From positions 1 to 41,651 of the IMG/VR virus record IMGVR_UViG_3300037851_000257: DNA of 41,651 bases; one strand, written 5' to 3'. Shown one piece after another: positions 17,494 through 26,185 of this stretch. The first letter of the stretch is position 1. Each line of letters opens with the position of its first letter. Both the position numbers and the translations under genes were made by a program. This DNA is from a virus (lineage: Duplodnaviria; Caudoviricetes). The notes beneath the pieces are model-generated. The model was not told where the DNA came from. It worked only from the letters and a program-made list of their open reading frames with translations, and ran no database searches.

Positions 17494-17757
17494 ATGGCCC
17501 ATTCCGCCCAGGCGCAACCCATGGTCGCGCCAAACCCTGCCAGCACCGCAAGAGGGGCCGGGGCGGCGGCCCCGCTGGCTTCGTCCACGACGCCCTGGTG
17601 GGAACTCCCCTGGGAGTCGTTCCGCTGCCGCACGTGTCAGCGGCTGCTGCTGAAGCTCACCGCCGCGGCGCTCGCCCCGGCCGCGGCGCTCGAAGTGAAG
17701 TGCCGCGACTGCAAGACGCTCAACTACCTCATGGGGCCGGCTCGTGGAGACCGCTGA
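17494..17757 (+). CDS. Mu Com-like zinc-finger protein
   Basis: FRCRTCQRLLLK...LEVKCRDCKTLN. Confidence 0.75.
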   Translation: MAHSAQAQPMVAPNPASTARGAGAAAPLASSTTPWWELPWESFRCRTCQRLLLKLTAAALAPAAALEVKCRDCKTLNYLMGPARGDR

Positions 17758-18358
17758 GTTCAACGCGCGCGCGCGCCGCACGCTGGTGACCGGGCCCACC
17801 GAGGAACCGCTGTCGATCGCGGAGGTCATGGCGCACCTGCGCCTGGACACCACCGACGATGCGGCGCTGCTCGAGCAGCTCATCACGACGGCCCGGCTCC
17901 GCGTCGAAGCCGACACCGGGCGCGCGCTCATCACGCAGACCTGGGAGGCGTGGTGGGATTCGGCGCCGCCCGGCACGACGCTCGACCTGCCGGCGCCGCC
18001 GCTCATCTCCGTCTCGTCGGTCACCAGCTACAACGACGCGGGCACGCCGGCCGTGCTCGCGGCGACCAACTACCTCGTGGACGTCATCAGCCAGCCCGGG
18101 CGCCTCGTGCTCACGACGGCGGGGGCCTGGCCGACCGACCTGCGCAGCGTCAACGCCTTCGTGGTCCGCTACGTCGCCGGCTACGGGGCCGCGGCGGCAG
18201 TCCCGGCGCCGCTCCGGCAGGCGATGCTGCTGCTCATCGCGTCCCTCTACGAGCACCGCGAGGAGGTCCTCGTCACCCAGTTCGCGGGCCAGTTCATCGA
18301 GACGCCGCTGGGCTATCACTACCTGGTGCAGCCGTACCGGGTGCTGTGGGTGATGTAG
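17744..18358 (+). CDS. Head-tail connector (gp6/gp15-like)
   Basis: EPLSIAEVMAHLRLD...TGRALITQTW...VPAPLRQAMLLLIASLYEHRE. Confidence 0.92.
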   Translation: METAEFNARARRTLVTGPTEEPLSIAEVMAHLRLDTTDDAALLEQLITTARLRVEADTGRALITQTWEAWWDSAPPGTTLDLPAPPLISVSSVTSYNDAGTPAVLAATNYLVDVISQPGRLVLTTAGAWPTDLRSVNAFVVRYVAGYGAAAAVPAPLRQAMLLLIASLYEHREEVLVTQFAGQFIETPLGYHYLVQPYRVLWVM

Positions 18359-18361
18359 GCC

Positions 18362-18688
18362 ATGCCGCTGGGCCCCATTCGCAAGGGCGCCGGGCAGCTC
18401 CGGAAGCGCGTCGCGCTCCAGTCGGCGGCCCTCGTCGTCGATGCGCTCGGCGGCCGGACGCAGGTCTGGACGACCTACGCCACGGTCTGGGCCGCGGTCG
18501 AGCCGCAGCCGTTCGTCGTCGGGTCGCAGAAGGCGGAAGTCCTCACCGTCATCACGATCCGGTACCGGCCCGACGTCGCCGCAGAGCAGCAGGTCGTCTC
18601 TGAGGGGAAGACCTACACGGTCCTCGTCGTCATCGACAACGAGAACCGGCACCGCGACCTGGTCCTTCACTGCGCGGAGGTGGCGTGA
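18362..18688 (+). CDS. Head closure protein (SPP1 gp16-like)
   Basis: AGQLRKRVALQ...DALGG...TVWAAVEP...ITIRYRPDV. Confidence 0.9.
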   Translation: MPLGPIRKGAGQLRKRVALQSAALVVDALGGRTQVWTTYATVWAAVEPQPFVVGSQKAEVLTVITIRYRPDVAAEQQVVSEGKTYTVLVVIDNENRHRDLVLHCAEVA

Positions 18689-19146
18689 TGGCGCTGCGAG
18701 CCCAGGCGTTCCTGACGTCGGGGCGCACCGTGGCGCGTGGCGGCCGCCGGCTCACCGCGCTCGAGGACGTGAACGGCAGCTTCGCGCGGTTCCTACGGGA
18801 GGCGCCCAAGGAGGCGCGCGCGGACCTCTCGTACGCCATCACGGTCACGACGTTCGCCGTGGAGCAGCGGATGAAGGCGCGCGTCCGAGAGATCGCCTAC
18901 CTCACGGGCGACATGTATCGCGCCGTCGAGAGCGCGCCGCCGCGGCGCCAGGGACTCACCGGCCGGGCCGGCATCCTCAACGCGCCGGCGGAAGCCGAGG
19001 TCGCGCTCTTCAACGAGTACTCGCCGAACCACCAGCCGTTCATGCGGCCCTCGGTGGACCAGGAGCAGAAGGACTTCGTCCGCCGCGTCACCGCGGCCGT
19101 TGCGCAGATCGACCGCGACTACGGCCCTGGCGGGAGGTTCCTCTGA
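18688..19146 (+). CDS. HK97 gp10-like tail completion protein
   Basis: TGDMYRAV...FNEY...QPFMRP; synteny. Confidence 0.75.
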   Translation: MALRAQAFLTSGRTVARGGRRLTALEDVNGSFARFLREAPKEARADLSYAITVTTFAVEQRMKARVREIAYLTGDMYRAVESAPPRRQGLTGRAGILNAPAEAEVALFNEYSPNHQPFMRPSVDQEQKDFVRRVTAAVAQIDRDYGPGGRFL

Positions 19147-19562
19147 TGCCCGGCACGGCGCTGCTAGCGATTCAGGCGGCGATCTTCGGCGTGCTGTCGG
19201 CCGACGTCACCCTCACGGGCCTCTGCGCCGTCGTGGGGGACATTGCGGACGACGTGCCGTACCCGTTCGCGTTTGTCGGGACGGCGACCGAGGTGCCGTG
19301 GGAGACGATGGGCGGGCCCTCGGTGGGGCTCGGGGCCGACTGCCGCGTGACGTGCCATATCTACAGCCGGTACGCCGGCGACAGTGAGGCGCTGACAATT
19401 CTCGACCGCGTGATGGCGCTCCTGCACCACGCGGCGTTGACGGTTACGGGCTACGGGAGCGTCTGCTGTGAGCTCGACGACACGCGGGTGTTGCTGGAAT
19501 ACCCGCAGAAGGTCGAGCAGCGGCACATCGCGGCGCGGTTCCGTGTGCGGGTGCACGTGTGA
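19146..19562 (+). CDS. Tail terminator (DUF3168-like)
   Basis: AIQAAIFGVLSAD...PYPFAFVG...HIYSR; synteny. Confidence 0.85.
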   Translation: MPGTALLAIQAAIFGVLSADVTLTGLCAVVGDIADDVPYPFAFVGTATEVPWETMGGPSVGLGADCRVTCHIYSRYAGDSEALTILDRVMALLHHAALTVTGYGSVCCELDDTRVLLEYPQKVEQRHIAARFRVRVHV

Positions 19563-19816
19563 TGAGTCTCGACGCGCACCTGACGCTGATTGAGGCGCAA
19601 CTGCGGCTCGCGCTGGGGCAGGTGCAGATGGCGCGGACGGTGGTCGAGGCGGCCGCGCTGCCGCGCGCGGCAGAGCCCCCGCTGCCCGCGACGTGCGCGG
19701 CCGTGCCGCCCGACCGCTGTGCGCGCCAGCACGCCGACGCACGCGTGGACGTGAGTGGCATGGGGGGCGCGGCCCCTGTCTGGGTCTGCCGCGGGTGCGG
19801 CGAACGACTGGAGTGA
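19559..19816 (+). CDS. Small Cys-containing hypothetical protein
   Basis: C-terminal WVCRGCG; coupled between terminator and tail tube. Confidence 0.6.
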   Translation: MMSLDAHLTLIEAQLRLALGQVQMARTVVEAAALPRAAEPPLPATCAAVPPDRCARQHADARVDVSGMGGAAPVWVCRGCGERLE

Positions 19817-19819
19817 GCG

Positions 19820-20542
19820 ATGGCCTTTGCCCACGGAAAATCAACCCGGGTCCTCTTCAACGACACCGACCTGTCGCCGTTCCTCAATGCCTGCTCCGTG
19901 GCGCGCAGCCAGGAACTGGCCGAGACGACGACCTTCGGGGCGACGGCCAAGACGTTCCTCGCGGGGTTCGGTGACGGCACCATCAGCGCCGAGGGCTACT
20001 GGGACGGCGCCCCCGATGCGGTGGACGAGGTGTTCGCGGCGGCCATCGCGGCCGACGGCACGCACGCGCTCACGATCGCGCGCAGCGGCCTCACGGCGCC
20101 AGGCGAGGTGGCCGAGCTCGCGGCGGTGAAGCACACCAGCTACGAGGTCAGCGCCGGCATCAGCGACGTCACGTCGGTTTCGGCCGAGTTCCAGGCCTCC
20201 GGCGCGGTGCGCACGGGGACGGTGCTGCACGCGCTCGAAGCGGAGACGGCCACCGGCAACGACACGGCGGTGGACGGCGGCGCGGCGACGACGGGCGGGG
20301 CGGTGGCGCACCTGCACGTCACGGCGGCCTCGGCCGGCGACACGCTCGACGTGATCGTTGAGGACAGCGCCGACGGCTCGACGGGGTGGGCCACCATCGG
20401 CACCTTCACCCAGGTCGGTGCGGTGCCGGCCTCGGAGCGCATCACGATCGCGGGCACGGTGCGGCGGTACACGCGGGCGAGCTGGACGATCGGCGGCGGC
20501 ACCCCGTCGTACACCTTCGTCGTGGCGCTCGCGCGGACGTAA
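19820..20542 (+). CDS. Tail tube-like protein 1 with C-terminal extension
   Basis: MAFAHGK...ELAETTTFG...FLAGFGDGTISAEGYWD plus ~100-aa beta-rich extension. Confidence 0.75.
   Translation: MAFAHGKSTRVLFNDTDLSPFLNACSVARSQELAETTTFGATAKTFLAGFGDGTISAEGYWDGAPDAVDEVFAAAIAADGTHALTIARSGLTAPGEVAELAAVKHTSYEVSAGISDVTSVSAEFQASGAVRTGTVLHALEAETATGNDTAVDGGAATTGGAVAHLHVTAASAGDTLDVIVEDSADGSTGWATIGTFTQVGAVPASERITIAGTVRRYTRASWTIGGGTPSYTFVVALART
19919..19971 (+). repeat. 53-bp exact repeat, copy 1 (copy 2 at 20748-20800)
   Basis: GCCGAGACGACGACCTTCGGGGCGACGGCCAAGACGTTCCTCGCGGGGTTCGG in both tube genes. Confidence 0.9.
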
Positions 20543-20630
20543 GGAGGCGGAACCATGCAGGCACCCGGAGTGCCGACGATGAGGGCCGGCGTGCAGAGCC
20601 CCACAGACACACACCCGTGGACTGGGGGGG

Positions 20631-21047
20631 ATGATGGCGTTTTCGCACGGCAAGAACACGGTCTTCAAGCTCGACGACAGCGGCGCGACGCTGCGGGACA
20701 TCTCCGCGTACCTGACGAGCGTCAGCTTCCCGCGCAGCCAGGAGCTCGCCGAGACGACGACCTTCGGGGCGACGGCCAAGACGTTCCTCGCGGGGTTCGG
20801 CGACGCGACGATCTCGATCGAGGGCAACTGGGACCCGACCGTGGACGGCTACCTGGCGGGCATTCTCGGCCAGGCCGCGACGGTCTCCTTCGAGTACGGG
20901 CCGGAGGGGGGCACGACCGGGGACATCAAGTTCTCCGGCGAGGCCATCCTGACGAGCTACGAGACGTCGAGCGGCATCAACGACGTCACCACGTTCAGTG
21001 CGGAGCTGCAGGTCTCCGCCGGCGTGACGCGCGGCACCTTCGCCTGA
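20631..21047 (+). CDS. Major tail tube protein 2
   Basis: Paralogue of 19820 gene; KFSGEAILTSYE...TTFSAELQVSAGVTRGT. Confidence 0.85.
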   Translation: MMAFSHGKNTVFKLDDSGATLRDISAYLTSVSFPRSQELAETTTFGATAKTFLAGFGDATISIEGNWDPTVDGYLAGILGQAATVSFEYGPEGGTTGDIKFSGEAILTSYETSSGINDVTTFSAELQVSAGVTRGTFA

Positions 21048-21095
21048 TGACCGGGGGCTGCGCGCGGACCACTCACCTGCATAGGAGTGTGTGAC

Positions 21096-21470
21096 GTGTC
21101 GCAGCCCTACATCCTCATCACCCTCGACAAGCCGCGGAAGCTCCGGTACCGGCACAATGACCTGGCCGACCTCGAGGTCGTCTCGGGGAAGGGCCTCGGG
21201 GAGCTGATGACGGGGCAGAGCTTCCACGGCATTCGGCTGCTGTTGCAGTTCGGGCTGCGGTGGCAAGACCCGAAGATGACGCTCGTCCGGGCGGGCGAGT
21301 GCGCGCAGGCCTGGCTCGACCAGGGCCGCACGCTCGAGCAGCTCGCGGACGTCGTCCTGGACGCGCTGCGCGCGTCGGGGTTCATCCGGGACGCGGCGGC
21401 GGGGGAGGCGGCCGGTGACGCGCCCGAGGATGACGATGCCACGGAGGGGCACGCGACGGCGGGCGCGTAG
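21096..21470 (+). CDS. Tail assembly chaperone (gpG-like)
   Basis: ITLDKPRKLRY...LADLE; between tube and tape measure genes; start 21087 or 21096. Confidence 0.8.
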   Translation: MSQPYILITLDKPRKLRYRHNDLADLEVVSGKGLGELMTGQSFHGIRLLLQFGLRWQDPKMTLVRAGECAQAWLDQGRTLEQLADVVLDALRASGFIRDAAAGEAAGDAPEDDDATEGHATAGA

Positions 21471-21739
21471 CGGGCGTCCGCGCCTACCTCGACCAGGCGC
21501 TGCCGGCCGCGCTCGACGCGGGGTGGACGCATGGGCAGTTCTGGCGCGGGACGCCGCATGAGCTGCAGGAAGCGGTCGCGGCGGCCGCGCGACGGGCAGA
21601 GCGGGAGTGGTACCGCACGGCGTGGCTCGCGTGTTACGTGCTCGCGCCGCACACGAAGAAGAAGCTGACACCCGAGAAGCTCCTCGGCAAGGTCCAGGCG
21701 AGCGGCGCGACGGCGAAGCGGGCGCGCACGGAGGACTGA
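21434..21739 (+). CDS. gpT-like -1 frame extension of the tail chaperone (not in ORF track)
   Basis: Open -1 frame with QFWRGTPHEL...AWLAC...KKLTPEKLLG and no start codon upstream of the motif. Confidence 0.75.
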   Translation, partial: RCHGGARDGGRVAGVRAYLDQALPAALDAGWTHGQFWRGTPHELQEAVAAAARRAEREWYRTAWLACYVLAPHTKKKLTPEKLLGKVQASGATAKRARTED

Positions 21740-21749
21740 AGGCACACCG

Positions 21750-24700
21750 ATGGGGACTGTCGCCACCCTGAGCGTGCGGGTCACCGCGAGCGTCGCCGAC
21801 TTCGAGAAGCAGCTCGGGTCGCTGGAACGCTCGTATGACCGTCTCGGCGGCCGCCTCCAGGCGATCGGGTCGAAGCTGACGACGGGCCTCACGCTGCCGC
21901 TCGCGGCGATCGGGGCGGGGGCGGTGGCCGCGGCGACGAAGTTCGAGTCGAGCTTCGCGGGCGTGCGCAAGACCGTCAACGCCACCGAGCCTGAGTTCGC
22001 CAAGCTCGCGGCGGGCTTCCGTGCCATGGCGCGCGAGATCCCCGTCGGGGTGAACGAGCTGAACCGCATCGGCGAATCCGCCGGCCAGCTCGGCATCCAC
22101 AAGTCCGCGATCCTCGACTTCACTCGTGTTATCGCCGACCTGGGCGTGACGACGAACCTCGCCGGCGATCAGGGCGCTACGGCGCTCGCGCAGTTCGCGA
22201 ACATCACGACGATGTCGCAGGGCGATTTCGACCGGCTCGGCTCCACCATCGTCGCCCTAGGCAACAACCTCGCCACGACCGAAGCGGACATCGTGAACTT
22301 CGGCCTCCGGATCGCCGGCGCGGGCGCGCTCGCGGGGCTCGCCGAGGCCGAGATCATGAGCATCGGCGCGGCGTTCTCGTCGGTCGGCGTGGAAGCGGAA
22401 GCCGGCGGCACCGCCACCCAGAAGGTGCTGCTCTCGATGACCGAGGCGGTCGCGACCGCGAACGGCGACCTCACGATCTTCGCGCAGACGGCTGGGCTCA
22501 CGGCCGACGCCTTCCGCACGCTGTTCAAGGACAATCCCGCGGAGGCCTTCACGCGGTTCGTCGAGGGCCTCGGGACGTCGGGCGACAAGGCGTTCAAGAT
22601 CCTCGAAGACCTCGACATGAGCGACCAGCGGTTGATCCGGTCGTTCCTGTCGCTGGCCGGCGCCGGCGATCTCCTGCGGCGCTCGGTGGACCTCGGCAAC
22701 GGCGCCTGGGCGCAGAATACCGCGCTGGCGCGCGAGGCGGCCGAACGCTACAAGACGTTCGAGAGCCAACTCACGCTGCTGAAGAACGAGGTGACCGACG
22801 TCGGCATCGAGTTCGGCGCGGCGCTGATTCCCGCGCTTCGCAACCTGCTCCCCGCGTTGCGCGACGTGCTCGCGGCGGTGGCCGACGCGGTGACGTGGTT
22901 CGCGGACCTGCCGCCGGCGGTGCAGGGCGCGGTCGTGAAGTTCGGGCTCGTGGCCGCGGCAATCGGGCCCCTGCTCATGGGCTTCGGCGCGATCATCCGC
23001 GCGGGCGCCGGGCTGATCGGGTTCTGGCGCGAGCTGGCGAAGTGGGCGGGCCTGGCTGGCGCGGCGCAGACGGCGGCCGGCGGGGCGGGCGCGGCGGGGG
23101 GGGCTGGGCTCGGCATGCTGGGGAAGGCTGGCATGGTCGGGGCCGCTGCCGCGGGCGGGTGGACGATCGGCAGCCTCCTCGAGAAGTACCTGCGCATCGG
23201 TGGGATCTCACTCTCCGAGTCGGTGGAGTTCTGGTCGCTGACGCGGCTGCAGGGCGTGTCGGTCGCGGATGCGCTCCTCGTCATCGCCAGCCGCCATCCC
23301 GAGTTCCGCGCGCCCACGGTCGCGCGTCCGCGGCTGGCGACGAACCCGAATCCCAGCTTCGGCCTGCCGGCCGGCGACGCCTTCGACCTGCTGATGACGC
23401 CCTTCGGCCCGGCCGCCGGCGCGGGGAGCGGGGCGGGCACGGGCGGCGGGGGTGGTGGCGTCGCGAACCCACTCTGGGGCCGGCTGTCGGGTGCGGACGT
23501 CCTCGCCGAGGCGAAGCAGTGGGTCGCGACGGTGCAGCGCATTGGCGGCGTGACGCGGCTCACCGGCGACGAGACGGAGGAATACAACCGCGTGCTCGGC
23601 GTCGCGATCGCGAAGATGGCGGCGCTCGGCCAGGTCGCGCCGGCCGCGTGGATCGCGACGGAGCAGGCGACGCGGCGCGCGCTGGAGTCCACTGACCGCC
23701 TCGGCAAGGCGCTGATGACCGCGCCGATGGTGACGCCGACGGACCTACTCGCCAGCGATCTGCCTGACCTCCTGAGTCGCGATTTCATGGGCGGGTCGCT
23801 CCTGACCGCGCCCACGTTCACGGACACGCAAGGCAAGGGCGGGTTCCTGTCCTCGCTCTTCGGCGGGGGCGGCGGCGCGGCCGCCTACGGCGGGAAGATC
23901 GCCTCCACGGTGATGTCGGCCTTCACGGGCGGGGGCGGCGTCGGGAAGTCGCTCGGCGGCCTGCTTGGCGGCGACCTCCTCGGCGGTCTCGGAAAGAGCC
24001 TCGCGGGCAAGCTCGCCGGCAGCGCGCTCGGGAAGTTCGCCGGCGGTGCGCTGGGGTCCATTCTGCCGGGCGTTGGCACCATCCTCGGCGGCCTCGCCGG
24101 GAGCGCGCTCGGGAAACTCTTCGGGGGCCTGTTCGGCAACAAAAAGAAGCAACTCGCGAAGGAAGCGACGGCGCTCCGCGACCAGTTCGTCGAGCAGGCG
24201 GGCGGCCTCGAGGCGCTGAAGTCTCGCGCGGACGCGGCGGGGTTCAGCCTCGACAAGTTGTTCAACGCGAAGAAACCCGAGGACGTGACGCGCCAGGTCA
24301 ACGCGCTGAACCAGGCGCTCGCCCAGCACGAGACGAAGCTCGCGGGCATCGCGATGGCGACCGAGGGCGTCAACGCGCGCCTCGGGGCCTTCACGGCGGC
24401 GGTGGAAGCCGGCACCGCGTCGCAGGCTGAGTTCGGGCGCGTCTCGACGTTCGCGCTGGCGGCCTTCGCGGTGGGCGTCAAGGAGCACGGCCTGCTGGCG
24501 ACGCTGCAGTCGCTCAAGCCGGCGATCGACGCTCTCGCCGCTGCGCAGACGCAGATGGGCTTCACGGCCAGCGAAGCCGTCGCGCAGCTCCTCGGCATCA
24601 GCGCCGCGGTGGAAGCCAACAGCACGGCGTTCGCGGCGGTCGAGGCCGACCGGCAGATCCTCATCGGGCTACGCGACGCTGGCGCGCTCACGGGCGACAT

Positions 24701-25361
24701 CTTCCAGCAGCTCGCGACCGACGTCGGCGCGCAGTTCGCGGCCATCACCGCCAACGGCGTCAGTGCGAACCAGGCGATGGCGCTGATGCAGCCGACGCTC
24801 CAATCCCTCTGGGAAGCGCAGGCGAAGTTTGGGCTCGTCACCGACGAGGCGACCGCGGCGCTGCTGAAGCAGGCCGAGGAGCAGGGGCTCGTGGGCGCGA
24901 ACATGAAGGACGTGAACCAGAAGATTCTGGATGTCCTCATCGCCATCGGCGACGCGCTCGGCGCCACGATCCCTGACGCCTTCCGCGCGCTGCCGGGCAT
25001 CGCTGAAGACGTGGCGAGCCGGATGCCGCGCATCCGGGTGCCGGTGGAGTTCGAGGTGGAGACGCCGGAAGACCGGGCTGTTCGTCCAGACGACCTGCCT
25101 GGATTCGCCACCGGCGGCGTCGGAGACTTCGGCCGCGGCACCCTCGCGATGCTGCACGGGACCGAAGCGATCGTCCCGCTCGACCGCGCGCAGGACGTCG
25201 GCCTGGGCGGGACGCAGGTCACCATCCAGGTGGAGGTCATGGACGGGGCCGACCTCGAGCGCACGCTCGAGACGCGCATCATCCCGCGGCTGACCTCGGT
25301 GCTGCGCGGGAACTTCTCCGGCGCGCGCGTGCAGCTCCGCGACGCCCTGGGGGTGGTGTAA
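21750..25361 (+). CDS. Tape measure protein (TP901-type core)
   Basis: 1203 aa; FESSFAGVRKTVN, LGSTIVALGNN, AEAGGTA; Gly/Ala-rich; C-terminal GFATGG...LHGTEAIVP. Confidence 0.95.
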   Translation: MGTVATLSVRVTASVADFEKQLGSLERSYDRLGGRLQAIGSKLTTGLTLPLAAIGAGAVAAATKFESSFAGVRKTVNATEPEFAKLAAGFRAMAREIPVGVNELNRIGESAGQLGIHKSAILDFTRVIADLGVTTNLAGDQGATALAQFANITTMSQGDFDRLGSTIVALGNNLATTEADIVNFGLRIAGAGALAGLAEAEIMSIGAAFSSVGVEAEAGGTATQKVLLSMTEAVATANGDLTIFAQTAGLTADAFRTLFKDNPAEAFTRFVEGLGTSGDKAFKILEDLDMSDQRLIRSFLSLAGAGDLLRRSVDLGNGAWAQNTALAREAAERYKTFESQLTLLKNEVTDVGIEFGAALIPALRNLLPALRDVLAAVADAVTWFADLPPAVQGAVVKFGLVAAAIGPLLMGFGAIIRAGAGLIGFWRELAKWAGLAGAAQTAAGGAGAAGGAGLGMLGKAGMVGAAAAGGWTIGSLLEKYLRIGGISLSESVEFWSLTRLQGVSVADALLVIASRHPEFRAPTVARPRLATNPNPSFGLPAGDAFDLLMTPFGPAAGAGSGAGTGGGGGGVANPLWGRLSGADVLAEAKQWVATVQRIGGVTRLTGDETEEYNRVLGVAIAKMAALGQVAPAAWIATEQATRRALESTDRLGKALMTAPMVTPTDLLASDLPDLLSRDFMGGSLLTAPTFTDTQGKGGFLSSLFGGGGGAAAYGGKIASTVMSAFTGGGGVGKSLGGLLGGDLLGGLGKSLAGKLAGSALGKFAGGALGSILPGVGTILGGLAGSALGKLFGGLFGNKKKQLAKEATALRDQFVEQAGGLEALKSRADAAGFSLDKLFNAKKPEDVTRQVNALNQALAQHETKLAGIAMATEGVNARLGAFTAAVEAGTASQAEFGRVSTFALAAFAVGVKEHGLLATLQSLKPAIDALAAAQTQMGFTASEAVAQLLGISAAVEANSTAFAAVEADRQILIGLRDAGALTGDIFQQLATDVGAQFAAITANGVSANQAMALMQPTLQSLWEAQAKFGLVTDEATAALLKQAEEQGLVGANMKDVNQKILDVLIAIGDALGATIPDAFRALPGIAEDVASRMPRIRVPVEFEVETPEDRAVRPDDLPGFATGGVGDFGRGTLAMLHGTEAIVPLDRAQDVGLGGTQVTIQVEVMDGADLERTLETRIIPRLTSVLRGNFSGARVQLRDALGVV

Positions 25362-26176
25362 TGGCGGCCCCGACGGCGGTCTACCAGCGCGCGGACGACA
25401 ACTGGAGCCGGAGCATCAGTATCTCGGCATCGGTCAGCACCGGCACGGCCGATTCTGACTACCCCGCGAGCAACCTAGTGGATGGGACGCTCTGGACGCC
25501 GGCGAAAGTGACCGTGGCGGCGGGGGAAGCGTCGTTTGTGTTCGACCTCGGGTCCGCGCGTGAGGTGACCGTGGTGAGCCTCGGGCACCTCTCGGAGTGC
25601 GCCGCGCTCACCTCGTGCAAGGTCCAAGGCAACGCCACCGACGCCTGGACGAGCCCCAGTATTGACCAGACGCTCACGCTGCCGACGACGTCAGAGGACG
25701 GACAGCGCGTATGCCCCTGGCTGGACCTGAGCGCCGTCTCGCCGCGCAGCTATCGGTACTGGCGGCTGAAGTTCGCCGGCACCAACGGCACGGTAATCGG
25801 GCTCGGCGAGGTCTGGCTCTCCGCGACGAAGCGCACCCTTGCGCGCACGTACCGAGCCGGGTTCGAGACGGTGGACGACTTCACGCCGATTGTGCACGAG
25901 ACCGAATACGGCATCCGGCACGTCTACGAGCGGCGCGTCAGGCGCCGGCGCTGGGAGGGCGCGCTGGCGCTGTCGTCGTCGGAGCTGGCGAGCGTGCGCG
26001 CGTGGTTCCGGGCCGCGCGGCGCGAGGTGCTGAGTGGGCTGTGGGTGCCGGATGCGAGCGTGAACGACGCCTGGTGGGTGACGTGGGCGCGCGAGTTCCG
26101 AGCCACCAGTGAGTATCCCGAGCTGCATGCGCTCGACGTGGAGTTCGTCGAGGACGTGCGCGGGGAGCCGCTGTAG
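25361..26176 (+). CDS. Distal tail (Dit-like) protein with discoidin-like domain
   Basis: YPASNLVDG...FDLGSAR...SYRYWRL...LGEVWL; follows tape measure. Confidence 0.65.
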   Translation: MAAPTAVYQRADDNWSRSISISASVSTGTADSDYPASNLVDGTLWTPAKVTVAAGEASFVFDLGSAREVTVVSLGHLSECAALTSCKVQGNATDAWTSPSIDQTLTLPTTSEDGQRVCPWLDLSAVSPRSYRYWRLKFAGTNGTVIGLGEVWLSATKRTLARTYRAGFETVDDFTPIVHETEYGIRHVYERRVRRRRWEGALALSSSELASVRAWFRAARREVLSGLWVPDASVNDAWWVTWAREFRATSEYPELHALDVEFVEDVRGEPL

Positions 26177-26185
26177 GAGACGACG

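Noticed and set aside
15703-18024. 773-aa minus-strand ORF, and similar long antisense ORFs (10741-12210, 20442-22100, 23885-25282, 28205-29569)
   Set aside because: Antisense shadows of real high-GC genes; Arg/Ala/Pro-rich with no motifs
19919-20800. DGR template/variable repeat pair
   Set aside because: The copies are identical rather than differing at adenines, both lie mid-gene, and no reverse transcriptase is encoded
21043-21090. Hammerhead ribozyme suggested by CTGATGA
   Set aside because: No GAAA core after a stem II; it is just tandem stop codons
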